A stretch of 64,000 bases of DNA, taken from NCBI GenBank assembly GCA_973895155.1, contig OZ316895.1, positions 4,265,659-4,329,658 of the forward strand, written 5' to 3'. This document shows positions 1-11,201 of this stretch, in pieces. How positions within the stretch are numbered: position 1 is the stretch's first letter; each line of letters begins with the position of its first letter. Both the position numbers and the translations under genes were made by a program. This DNA is from Marsupella aquatica. Taxonomy: Eukaryota; Plantae; Marchantiophyta. A model generated the notes under the pieces. The model saw only the letters and a program-made list of their open reading frames with translations, was not told the origin of the DNA and made no database searches.

Positions 1-846
1 TGTTGACCACATCTTTCATATCATCTTCGGTCAGGTTCTCAAATGTAGGGTAGGATTGTACCATATCCCTCACTTCCCAACATATCTCATCTCCAGTGAC
101 ATCCAAGATGGTATACTCAATCTTGGAACGCCAAATCTTACTTCCCCACTTATGGGAAAGTAAATCATAGATTGCAGCATTACTTTCACGGTCATCATTT
201 ATATTAACAAATGACCAAAGTGGATTGTTGACAGATATATATTGTCGGATGTCATAAGCCTTCCACAATTTTCTAAGGAATGGCCAAAGTATCTCTGGTA
301 GAAAAGTGTCACTCTCGGCAATGTGTGAGAAGGGAGTTGGGAACAAACCACTATACTGTGGATTTGCAAAAACCTTCACTAGAGAGTCATCAATAAGTAG
401 AGTGTTTGTATCATCATACTTGTCTCCAAAACAACTCCACACCACACGCAAATCCTTCAACATAATATTTGCTTTCCCATCTGCTACGTCCGGTCTTTTT
501 ATGCAAGTATCAAAAGCATCTTCTTGTGTGAAAACAAATTTAAATTGCCTCCGCTCCTCTTCTTTGAAAATCAAATTCATCATTTCATTAGTTCTTGGCC
601 TCCCCGCACAAGTCCACAATGCGACATCAAAACCTTTGAAAGCCACCTCCAAAAATTGGTGCAACCTTGGCCTTTCCACGTACATGAAATTGAATCCACC
701 CCGTCTCCCCCAATGCACACCCTGCACAGTTGTTGTAGATCTTAACGGTCCCGAGCTTTTTGTTTTGACGCAATCCCAACAAATTTTGTTCAGGTCCAAA
801 ATCAAGAGTTTTCTTCTTATATCAGAGTGCAATTTAGGAGTGAAAT
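1..846 (-). CDS. Exon encoding an FCP1-homology (NLI-interacting factor, HAD) phosphatase-like domain; absent from the ORF track
   Basis: Hand translation after acceptor TTTGCAG|AT at 847/846: DFTPKLHSDIRRKLLILDLNKICWDC...FMYVERPRLHQFLEVAFKGFDVALWTCAG...FVFTQEDAFDT...MLKDLRVVWSCFGDKYDDTNTLLIDDSLVKVFANPQYSGLFP. The frame is open to the window edge. Confidence 0.85.
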
Positions 847-3800
847 CTGCAAAGATCCAAATGAATCAAAATTATATCTAAAAGATATAAAAGAAGAACT
901 TAGGGTCGAACCTGGATCGACCCGACCTAATGGGGAAAACAAACATATCATTTTTGAATGTCAAAGCATTTTGATATATCAATGTAGAAGTACCTTGCTC
1001 AAATGCTTTGTCTTGGACCAGGGTACCGCTTGCTGAAGGTAGACCAATAATATCCTTCGATGGAAGAGATGCTATGACAAAACTTTGGTCTGTCCATATA
1101 TGATTTCCAAACATAATATTTTAGATTATTGTGAAAAATAGAAGAACGAAACCATAATATTAACCTCCACTACTAAATGACCCATATTCATCTATCATTT
1201 TATCACCTAGATCACTTTGGATATCAGAATTGACGCCAACAGGAAGCTGCTCCACCAACATTGGCGGCGCAAACACTGGACTCAATCTCAATTTGTCTAT
1301 TATGTAATCAGGTTTGACCATTAACTTAGGCGCATCCTCCGACGTTTCTTTCAATCCAACTTTAGGTCCATTTCTCCAAATAAAATGAGTTGCATAACGG
1401 ACTGTCTTTATATATCCTGTTCTACCTATCTCAGATCCAGACTTTTGAGACAAGCGTAATATTATGGGGCTTCCGCTTGACATCCTTGTGAAGACCAATT
1501 TATTCCCTGACAAACAAAATTGAGGAGACTCGGAACAAGTTGAAGCACCTGCCTCTTCAGCTTCAACATTTGTTGTCTCTCCAAGTGGAAGGTTGTCTTC
1601 AATCGCTTCTGCAATACCAACTTGTAGGTCCGTGGTGGGTGTAGTGGCCCCAATATTCTGCCAACCTGCATCCAATGTGCACGATACCTGCGGTCTCTCG
1701 GGATGCAATTTTGATACTTCAGGGTTGAGAGGATTTGATGGAGGGTCGCTCTCAGGGCGACCCGACATCACTATGTCGAGTTGAGGTAGCCCTTCAACAC
1801 CGTAGGTAGTAATGCCAACCATTTCTGTTGCTCGAGCATCCCAATTTCCGCCAAAATCCTCCTCTACCATAGGACTTGAACCTCCATCATCATGCTGCAA
1901 CTCACCATCCTCAAGGTCAACTCGCTGAGGGCCCGGTTGGGGGTTGTCCATAGGCCCGCAAAGAACACTTAGATGAGCTCTCCTAGGACCATGTACTCCC
2001 ATCCGCTCTTTCATAAGGGAGGGAATCCTGTTGCACAAAACCCTTGCATATGCTTGGGTGAAATGGTGTTCTTGCAAAGTGTCTGAATAGACAAAACAAT
2101 CTCGGTATGCCAACAAGGCCACCTTCAAAACCTGCCCTCCTGAAAAAAAATCGAGGACAGTCTCCCCCTCACCGGAAAAACATTCAATAATATTTTTGAG
2201 CATGTGTCGGGGCTTGGCATGCGGATTGACAAATCCTCCTCGACTTCCGACCATCTCAAACATTGGAGCTTGCCGCAATAAATCTGCCATATCAAATGCG
2301 GGAGACTGCTCCTCTGTCTCATTCTCTTTTCCCTTGTTTTTCTCTTGCTTGTCAGCCTTCACTTCAATATTTAAATCACAGTCAACATCGGGGTGAAAAC
2401 TAAATTTTGAATTGAACTCTGGCTTAAACAATTGATTCCAATCAAAATTGTCTTCACCTGTAATTCCAGCAAAAATGACCTGCTCAATCGCTCCTGTAAA
2501 AAGTAAGCCCTGCGGATTTGGGTGATCTTCCCGATCATAACTCCCGTATTCAACATGGATGGCCAAATGCTTTTCATGTCCTAATTTCCTTAGGGCACTT
2601 AAGATGTTGGCTGGAAGTGGCCCTGGATGAGTAGTCATGACAACTACAATGGTTGTATTCCTTGGCAACTCCACAATATATTGGAGCAATACAAAAATTT
2701 CCGAATCTGTCCATTCATGTTGTGGTGCCCTACTAAAATCAACAATTGCAAGTGGACACATTGGCGTCGCCTCTTCCAATAACTCTGGCGTGGTTGTCTT
2801 CATTAGATTCTCACTGAAGAACGTCAAGAAAGGCTCTGTTCGTGTGCGCCCAACTCCACCAAATTGTTTGCAGTACAACCCGTCTAATCTCACCATTAGA
2901 CTTTGAGGGAAAGCCTCTTTCACAATGTTCTTCCTTAATAAACTGCTAAGGTAGACCTCCCCAACTGCTCTTCGCAATTTTGTCAGCTCAAGTTGAGATC
3001 CCAAGACCGGCATGATGTTGACCACCGAAGCCCACGATGTCCCCCCGGGAAACTTCTCCTTGTGCTTCTCAACAAAGTACTCAACAATGACTTGCTTCAA
3101 TTTAGTCATTACCTTGATGGTATGAGCCATATCTGGCATTGACACCAAATCCATCTTGTTGGAGGCATCTTTCTTGAGAAGTGCTTTCTTCTCATAAACC
3201 GCGGTCAATATATCAATGATATCCTTAGAACTGATCTCCCCTTCAAAACATCTAAAAAGAGTTGGCGTGACCAGCTTTAGTGGCCGCGGCCCACCATACT
3301 CTCCTGCCCCGCTAGGGAGCTTCCCTGCCAACCAATCCCAACAAACAGTTTGCCATAAATGGAAAAGCTTATCCTCAGCAAAGAGCAACCAAAAAATGGC
3401 TTTCAAGCTCGACTTTCCCATTGTTATCTTTGCGAGGGCAAACCAATCCTGCATTTACATTCATCCACCAAAAAACATGTTAGATGTTTAAACTTAGAAA
3501 CTTCAACTTCTCTGCCTCGCCCCTAGAGCGAGGCGAAGAAAATGACAAAGCCATATGAAAATGGTTGGGGCAATCATTGTATTCATCATTCAATTTCATT
3601 TGGGTCGCTCTAAGAGCGAGGCAAAATTAAACTACAGTTCCAACTAATGAAAATGTTTACCTGGTATTTCTGGTTGTCTGTACTTTGGTTTGTTCCAATT
3701 CCTGGACGCGGTGGTTTCCCACATTCATCAAATTGCCTTCTCGCATGAACAACTGTCTCTAGAAAACAAGACTTAAACTGCATGGTCTGATTTATTGCAT

Positions 3801-5831
3801 TTGAAAGGCTCGAGTGCTCGACCAAAATTGCCCTTGGAGTGAGGTCTGATAAGATCCTTGCTTTCCGATATTGGAGTTTGCTAGCAAGATCAGTTAGCTT
3901 GGCATCCTTGTCTGCCCACCCTTGAATCCATTGTGCAGCCTTTGCGGAATGTTGCCCACTGATTGCAAGAAATTGTATCTCTTGCTTCTTAACACCAAAC
4001 AAAAATTGCTTCCGATCGCGTGCGGTATTGTCAAAATATAACAACTGCTTAGTGCGCTCTAGAAATGGAATCAAATCTGCAACATGTGGTTCCTGGCCAG
4101 GGTTTTTCATCATTGATTTTGCTATCTCTAAGGCATGAGCCTGGTTGAACATCCGATACACAAAAACTGCAGTAGGCGGAAGAATACTTTTAACCGGGAT
4201 TTCAAAAACCTCCCTGATTCCAAAAGTGTAGTATTGCTCGATGTTCCGCAAAGCTTTCTGCCCCTCCAATACATCTCGTTCCTCTGGTGCATCTGTTGGG
4301 CATGTATCATCCTCCGGATCCAAGACCAACCTTGCTTTTGACGCTAACACGGGCTTTGATTTTCCAATCTTGGCCTTCTTCTTGGGCTTCTTGTCGGAGT
4401 CCTTATCTTTCTTCTTCAACGCCGCCTTTTTTCCTCTAGTACTTCCTTCACTCCTTGGCTCTCTTTGTTTTCTCTTCTTCTGTGTTTCAGCCGACGTCAT
4501 TTCTTTGGCCTTCATCTTCATCTTCCCCTTACCTCGATGCTTTTCTTCCTTCTTCTTTTGAGTTGAAATCCACTTCATGCAAGCATCTTCGTCAAACTCA
4601 TCAGAGAAAATAAAACTCTTATCAATTGCTTGCTCATATGAAAAGCGTGTTGTTTCAATCATCCTCTGGACAACCCATGTGTTAGGAAGATCTATAAGGT
4701 CCGGATGATCATGCATGTACCGCTTCACAGAGAGGAATCCAAAGACAACATCAACCCCACTCAATTTGAATCTTCCATGCCTCTCAAGAACATCCTCTGC
4801 AATGAACCCATCTGGAAGAAATCCCATTGAACAAATACTAGCCTCCGAGCGTGCTATCCACTCCACGTTGATAATTGACGAGTACATCTTGATTGGCAAG
4901 TAAAGTCTCATCCACTGAGATCTTTCTGTGGATTCAATAATGATTGTAACATTGCGGTTATCACTGCAATTTACAAGGACCACAGGGCCCAACGCAACTA
5001 TCTTCTTGTCGTTCATTGTCTCAGCAGTGATTGCCTTGATACAAATCATCGACAAGTCATTCTCCATGATCCCTACTTCAAGTGCCCACGAAAATCCTGC
5101 CTTATCTTGTCCAGGGAAAATAAAGTCCTTGACATCCTTGGCCATAATATTTAACTCTGGGGATCCAAGTTGTTCTCCTGGAAAAACAAATTGAAACGAC
5201 AAACATTAAAGCAAGAGATCTTTTGTGTTGCCTCGCCCCTAGAGCGAGCTGGAGACAAGGTCTGCATCAACAAACATGTGGGTTGGGTCGCTCCTGGAGC
5301 GACCCTAGAAAAACTTAAATCAAGGTCCAACCAACAACAAATTTGGGTCGCTCCTGGAGCGACCCTAGGAAAACTTAAATCAAGGTCCAACCGACAAATA
5401 AGTTGGGTCGCTCCAAGAGCGACCCTAGGAAAACTTAAATCAAGGTCCAACCAACAACAAAGTTGGGTCGCTCCTGGAGCGACCCTAGGAAAACTTAAAT
5501 CAACGTCCAACCAACAACAAAGTTGGGTCGCTCCTAGAGCGACCCTAGGAAAACTTAAATCAACATCCAACCAATAACAACGACAAATCTTAGGCAAGAT
5601 AGGGTCGCTCTAAGAGCGACCCTTCAAAGACTAACTTGCATCAATTGTTGAATCATACTTACGTGGAACTGTGATATGAAATCCCCTTGAGGCGGCCAAA
5701 GCGGATTCCACCGACATCTTTAGTAAAGTGTCTTGAGAATCATACTCAAAGATTTTACTAGAATCAAAGTTCAGGGACTGCCCAGAACTAGAAGTGCTAG
5801 TAGAATCATCAGAACTAGAGGAAGTGGGCAT
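1..5831 (-). CDS. Transposon-borne multidomain protein (>=1637 aa, 3' end off window): ParB-like + degenerate N4C/N6A methyltransferase fold + FCP1/NIF HAD phosphatase-like domain
   Basis: Manual splice model: exons 5831-5663, 5177-3661, 3448-1165, 1089-994, 846-<1. All four introns are GT-AG and phase-compatible (1,0,1,1), e.g. CAC|GTAAGT, TTCCAG|GA, CAG|GTAAAC, ATGCAG|GAT. No stop up to base 1. Motifs: FEIPVKSILPP...FLAISGQHSAKAA; NPHAKPRHMLKNIIECFSGEGETVLDFFSGG; RKLLILDLNK...VERPRLHQFLEVAFKGFDVALWTCA...YDDTNTLLIDDS. Confidence 0.75.
5281..5580. repeat. 5 x 60-bp tandem repeat in intron 1, each unit with a 21-bp palindrome GGGTCGCTCC-N-(G/A)GAGCGACCC
   Basis: Units start at 5281, 5341, 5401, 5461 and 5521. 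The palindrome is perfect in three units and has one mismatch in two. Extra single copies near 5230 and 5601. Confidence 0.97.
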
Positions 5832-6118
5832 TGAAAAATGCCTCACAAATGTTTAGATGACATGTGGCAGCCTAGTATACAAGAACGCCTATAGCTAGAC
5901 CACACCACGGAGCGAGGCTACAGAGCAAGGAAAAAAATCTACTATGAGCAAGGAAAAATCAACAAAGCGAGGCAAGAAAATCTACTATGAGCGAGGCAAG
6001 AGGGAGGAGGGAAACCAGGGCAGCCGGGCAAGAAGACAATGAAGGAGGAGATGGATGCAAGAAGACAATGAGGCAAATGAGGTAATGTCTTTGCCTTTTG
6101 CCTTCCTATACCCTCACT

Positions 6119-6169
6119 GCCACGGCCGATCCTACGCCACGGCCGATCCTACGCCACGGCCGATCGTAC
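6119..6169. repeat. 3 x 17-bp GC-rich repeat (GCCACGGCCGATCCTAC) between the divergent genes
   Basis: Seen directly; the third copy has one mismatch. Confidence 0.9.
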
Positions 6170-6883
6170 GCGACCTTACGCAACCCAGCCACTTGCTCCC
6201 TTCCACGCGCCTGTGAACTCGCAACCCTCATAATGACCTAGTTGTACGGGTATCCATAGATTTTGAAAAATGATGCACGGTCGTACGGGTGTCCATAGAA
6301 TGCCGATCAGACTTTCGGCCTCTTGATGTTGTGAACCCCTTCAGGACAAACTTGGCTAAAGCTTGCTCACAAATGGTATGAAGCTCTACAGTTCCAATCA
6401 TTTCTCTCTTTTGTATGGCGCGTGCGTTTCTGGTCATTGCTCACTCTCGATCTCGCCCTTCGGCCCTTGTCTATCTTGCTTCTGTTTGGTGACCGATTTG
6501 ACTGACTTGGACATTTATGGTTACAAGAGTTCGTGCAAGGAAAGTCCTGTTTCAAGTATATTGCATTAGTTTTGGTGTCCTTGGTTGGCGACACGTCTTC
6601 TATAGTCCTTAAGAGAGGTATTACTTCATCTACCATTCTCTTAATTTCTTCTCTATGATATCCACCAAATATTTGGCCCTAGCTTTATCTTAATATATGG
6701 ACCTAACTAAGCCCTAGATAATGTAGGGTTCCTAACGACACACTCGTCTACCCACACGTCTACACACTTCAATGGTCTAATTCAGCTTAATCATTCCCCT
6801 GATTTATTCATTTCCATATTTTCTCTTTTCCTTCACAATTCTTGCTTCTCCAGGATTGTGCTCGTCTTTTCTTGCTCTCCCGT

Positions 6884-7288
6884 TGCCTCGCTCCAAGAGC
6901 GTCATGCCCTTGCCTCGCTCCAAGAGCGTCATACACTTACCTTTCATCAGGAGCATCCTGCCCTTTCTTTTCTCCAAGGGCATCCGCTCTCCATTTCCTC
7001 GCCATCAGAGCGTCCCTCAACCGCCTCGCCCCTAGAGCAACCCTCCATCGCCTAGCCCCTAGAGTGGCCCTCATTCACCTTGCCCCTAGAGTGTCTCTCC
7101 ATCGCCTCGCCCCTAGAGCGACCCTCATTCACCTCGCCCCTAGAGCGTCCCTCCATCGCCTCGCCTCTAGAGCAACCCTCCATCTCCTCGCCCCTAGAGC
7201 GACCCTCCATCGCCTCGCCCCTAGAGCGTCCCTCAATCGCCTCGCCCCTAGAGCGTCGCAACCTTGCCTCGCTCCAAGAGCGTCCCTG
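6884..7288. repeat. About 15 x 27-bp tandem repeat with core CCTCGCCCCTAGAGCG, a variant of the same palindrome
   Basis: Direct reading. The 9-aa periodicity (LAPRA...) of ORF 6842-7354 reflects this repeat. Confidence 0.93.
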
Positions 7289-7464
7289 ACCTTAGAATCC
7301 TGTTGTGTAAAGCCAATACACATAAACTATCAAATATTTTTTTCCTTTAAATAGAATTCAAATGTTTAGATCTAATATTGTAATATCTAGAGTAGTGCTT
7401 ATCAGTATGCACATCAGCTGAACAATTTTTAAATGTTTTTGGATGCAGAGATCCTTTCGCTACC

Positions 7465-10400
7465 ATGAGTAAATTTATGCGAGGGGATGAAGTTTCATTG
7501 ATAATTGATGGTTTTGAAGTGGCAATTGGGACCATCCAAAAGGTTGATCCCAAAGACACTATACACAATATTTGTCTTGGGAAAAATCGAATTGGGGTCC
7601 TTATCGAGAGGTGTCTTGAAACATCTTGTCCACTACCATTTCCATCCAAAACATCATCGAGCCTAGGTGATGCAGTTGACTCGTGTGTGATCTGGGATTC
7701 TTCCTTGGCATATTTGAGGTCTTCAACATTGCCGAAAAGAACCGTTGTGGATGGTGTTCCTACTCCAGTGGACGGGGATGAAGGATGTTCCGAAATGGAT
7801 GTTGGTGGTAAAGGAGGCAACCTTGCTGAAGGAGAGGAGGTTGAGATGTTCATTTTAGATGAACTTGTATCAAAAGGAGTTGTCTTCAATACCAATCCAA
7901 TGGACACTTGTCATAGTGAACGACTCGGTGTTGGCCGTGTCAGTATACAAATATCAGAGGTTGTTCAGGGAAATAGAAAATTACCGTATCCGCATCCTGG
8001 AGCTGACACAGTGCAAGAGGCAATGCAGACTTGGGTAATGTGGGATGTTGCTGATGTTTCAAGAAAAGGCTCTATTCGAGGTTCTGGCATGTTTGTTGGT
8101 GCAAACCCGGGTGCAAACCTGTTTAAGGATCTTCCATTGAAAGATTTTACAATGCGTTCCAACTGGATGGCAGAGGAAGTTGACTTGTATGATGTTTCTC
8201 GTTGTCGTAAGGTTGCGACAGGGGTTATCACAGTTCCTTTTGAAGCAGGTGCTGTTGATGATGAACTTCTTGGTCCAGAGCATGTGGGTGTAGCTGTTGT
8301 GAATATCAACGATCCCGCATTATTTCCAAATATCCGTGCTGGTACTCCAGGTTTGGTGAGGTGGGAAATCAAATCTTTGTTGTTGATTTCATCTCAAATG
8401 TTTCTCGGGGATATCCTTGAGAAAGGTTCACATGTGTGGATAGAATCAGGTCGAAATGAGAGCGACCCGGATTTGGATGGTGATGGGAAACCTCCAAAAA
8501 GACCTTATAATTTCATTAGAAGGACCAAAGTGGATCTGGAGGAGAAAAAAAAACATTTGCAATCAAGGGCGCTTTTGAAAATCACCGAGCCTGAGTCCAT
8601 TGATTCCATCCAAAGAGAAGGTTGTTGCAGGTTAAAGTGTTGCTTGAACATGCCAAGAGAGGACTTGGAGGCAATGAGGAGGGAATTTCATGGAATGTCA
8701 AGTGACAACAAAACAAGTCATATCTTCAATCTTTTTGGGTGTAGAGAAGACCAAGTCAAGAGAAAAGGATTTTTTGTTCTAAAGGGACGTGTGGTTTGTA
8801 AGGATGCGTTCATAAAAATGCATGGGTTTAGTACGACAAAGTATTATGATTACAAAAATCAGTACGAAGCTGGGTGCACAATTGGTTTCCATGGAAATCA
8901 AGGGCAACATAAGACACGATCAAGCACCTTGCATGCTCGTGCATTGTTGGAGTCCATTTTAATCCAAAATGGAGAACCAATGCCACATCTTCCCTATGGT
9001 GGGTCCAACGGCACCGATACTGTCGAATATCGACTCCCATCATGTTTCACTAAGAAGGAGATTTTTCAAGAGGTATTTGCAAAGATGGAATTGGACGGCT
9101 ATGCTAAGGTTACTGAAGTTACCATGTACAACATCTGGAAAAATTCTTTTGATAATTTTGACTTTCACAAGGGCAGTGCATTTGCCAAGTGCACATTTTG
9201 CACTGAGTTCAAAGATCAATTGATGCGGGAGAAGAGAAAAAAAGAGCGTGCAGAGATTGAAGAGAAAAGAGCACGACATCTTCGTGAACAAATGTCAAGG
9301 AGATATGTTTACTATGCTCATAGGGTTCTTGCAAAGAAGGATCCTCAAAACTATCTTTGCATTATTCATGATAAGATGGACCAAGCCAAGACTTGGATCC
9401 CCAGATTGGTCCCCACTCCAAAATCTCTCTCTGGTAGTGGTCAACCTCTGCCCATTGCCCTTACTGGGATGTTAACCCATGGAAGGGATCCAGGAGTGTA
9501 TGCACACTTTAGTTTGACTGGCCTTTGGCCTGGAGATGCAGACTTCACTGTGACATCTTTGGCCAAATGCCTTCGAGATTTGGAGGATTACACTGGAGAC
9601 AAAACGGGAGACATGCTTGAAGCTTTCAATTGGAACGCAACTAGGCCAATATTTCAGTCTCTTTTGGACTTTGAAGCATTTCAAGCGGGTTACTTGGAAC
9701 CCAAAAATGTTTCAATTCTCAAGTTTCAAGGCCTTGATGATGGTCAGGAGAGCCAAAAAACCAGCACAACAGATGCTGGTTCTACAGTTGATCCTGAGAC
9801 TACGAGCTCTTTCAAGCCCTTACCAAGGCACCTAACACTGCAGATGGACAATTCAGGAAAAGATAATAAAAATCAATATGTGATGGCATTTTGCAGCGAG
9901 CTTGTTAGCAGGGGGTGTTTGAAACTGTGCAAATGTCATTCCTCATGGTTGGCCACACCCATGAGGATGTGGATGCACTATTTTCTCAAGTATCCAAACA
10001 GGTTAGGTACAAAGAGGTTGCTACCCTCCTTGCGTTGATGGCTGAGGTTTGGGAGTGTGAAAGCATCCATCCCGTACCACGATTGATTCAGGAGGTTGCA
10101 TCTTACAAGCACTATTTGAAGGCTTTCCAAGTGAAAGAGATTGAAGGTCACTCAAAACCAGTGGCATTTCTATTCTCCATGAGGGATAATGTGCCAGTGT
10201 ATCAATATAAAGCACATGTCAAACAACCTTGGCTTCCAGCAACAGGGAGGTCAATTTGGAGAACTGATCTCATCACAAACACGCTCATTTTACCGGAGGG
10301 CCAACCATTTGCAAAACCTATATCGGGGGAGGTACAAAAGAAAGCCGAGGAAATCATCCCATTCCTTAATCGTTACATTGATTTCTTGAGGAAAAGTTGC

Positions 10401-11201
10401 AAGGATGAGACCTCTGCAGCATACCGCGAGAGATTTCCTTTGGTGAAATATTGGGAGAGGCTTGTTATGGCACTCTCTGAGGCACTTACAATAGAAGGGG
10501 AGGGAGAAAGACAATTGTCATTGACAACTGATTTCTGGCCAAAGACTAACCATGGCACAGGTTACAAGGTGATTTTAGGGACCTCTCAACCTTCAAGTGA
10601 ACCTACTCAAAATTCAGAGATGATGGACCTTCAAAATGAGTACATGGAAGAGATGGAAGGTCAAGCTGCACCCTTTGTTGGTGCACGAGAAGAGCGAGAA
10701 CTTGCACGTTGGATTCCCCTACAAGATATTCAAGAGGGTCACTTTGTGTTTTTACGTCCAGAGGATGAATGGGAACAAAAAAATGGCAAAGGGCGTTTCT
10801 GGTTAGTTCGAGCTTTGGGTGGTGTGGATCCAAACCATGAGGTTTCTTCACTAGATTTGCAATTTAGTGAAGGGTCTTCTTCAAGGTTTTCTAAGAGCAT
10901 TCACCTAAGTAGCATTCCTAAGCGGTATGCTCCTATGTTCCAAGTGCAATGGTGGAGGCCTAAACATGGTAAGCATGATGCAAAGGATGATGTTCGATAC
11001 GAACGTTGCTTTCAGACCACTAAGACTTGGGAGCTAGATCCTGGGTTTAACACTATCACTCAAAGTTGGCAGTTTGCAAATTCTGCAATGTATGGGTTTA
11101 AGTCAGGTGCCAAAGAACAAAATATTATGGATAGAGGTTTGACAATTCCCAAGAATGTTTTGAAAACTCTCAAAACTTACATGGAAGGTATTGATGAGTA
11201 G
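7465..11201 (+). pseudogene. Transposase with one frameshift at a G5 run (9911-9915): 3 x Tnp1/En/Spm-like N-terminal repeats, Cys-rich region, DUF7869/Sola-like catalytic core
   Basis: Core motifs CIIHDKMDQAKT, LQMDNSGKDNKNQYVMAFCSELV and, after adding one G, RGVFETVQMSFLMVGHTHEDVDALFSQ. Three similar units of the form EV.L....VA.G......LG...V.V.I...LP.P...V.W(D/E) in the first ~310 aa. Confidence 0.85.

Noticed and set aside
306-881. 191-aa plus-strand ORF
   Set aside because: Antisense shadow of the FCP1-like exon.
5281-5580. CRISPR-like look of palindromic repeats at regular spacing
   Set aside because: Spacers are near-identical, there are no cas genes, and the array lies in a eukaryotic intron; it is a tandem repeat.
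5151-5597. Repetitive ORFs on both strands (148 and 135 aa)
   Set aside because: By-products of a 60-bp stop-poor repeat within predicted intron 1.
6842-7354. 170-aa LAPRA-repeat ORF and overlapping ORFs
   Set aside because: Translation of the 27-bp array; non-ATG start and no domain.
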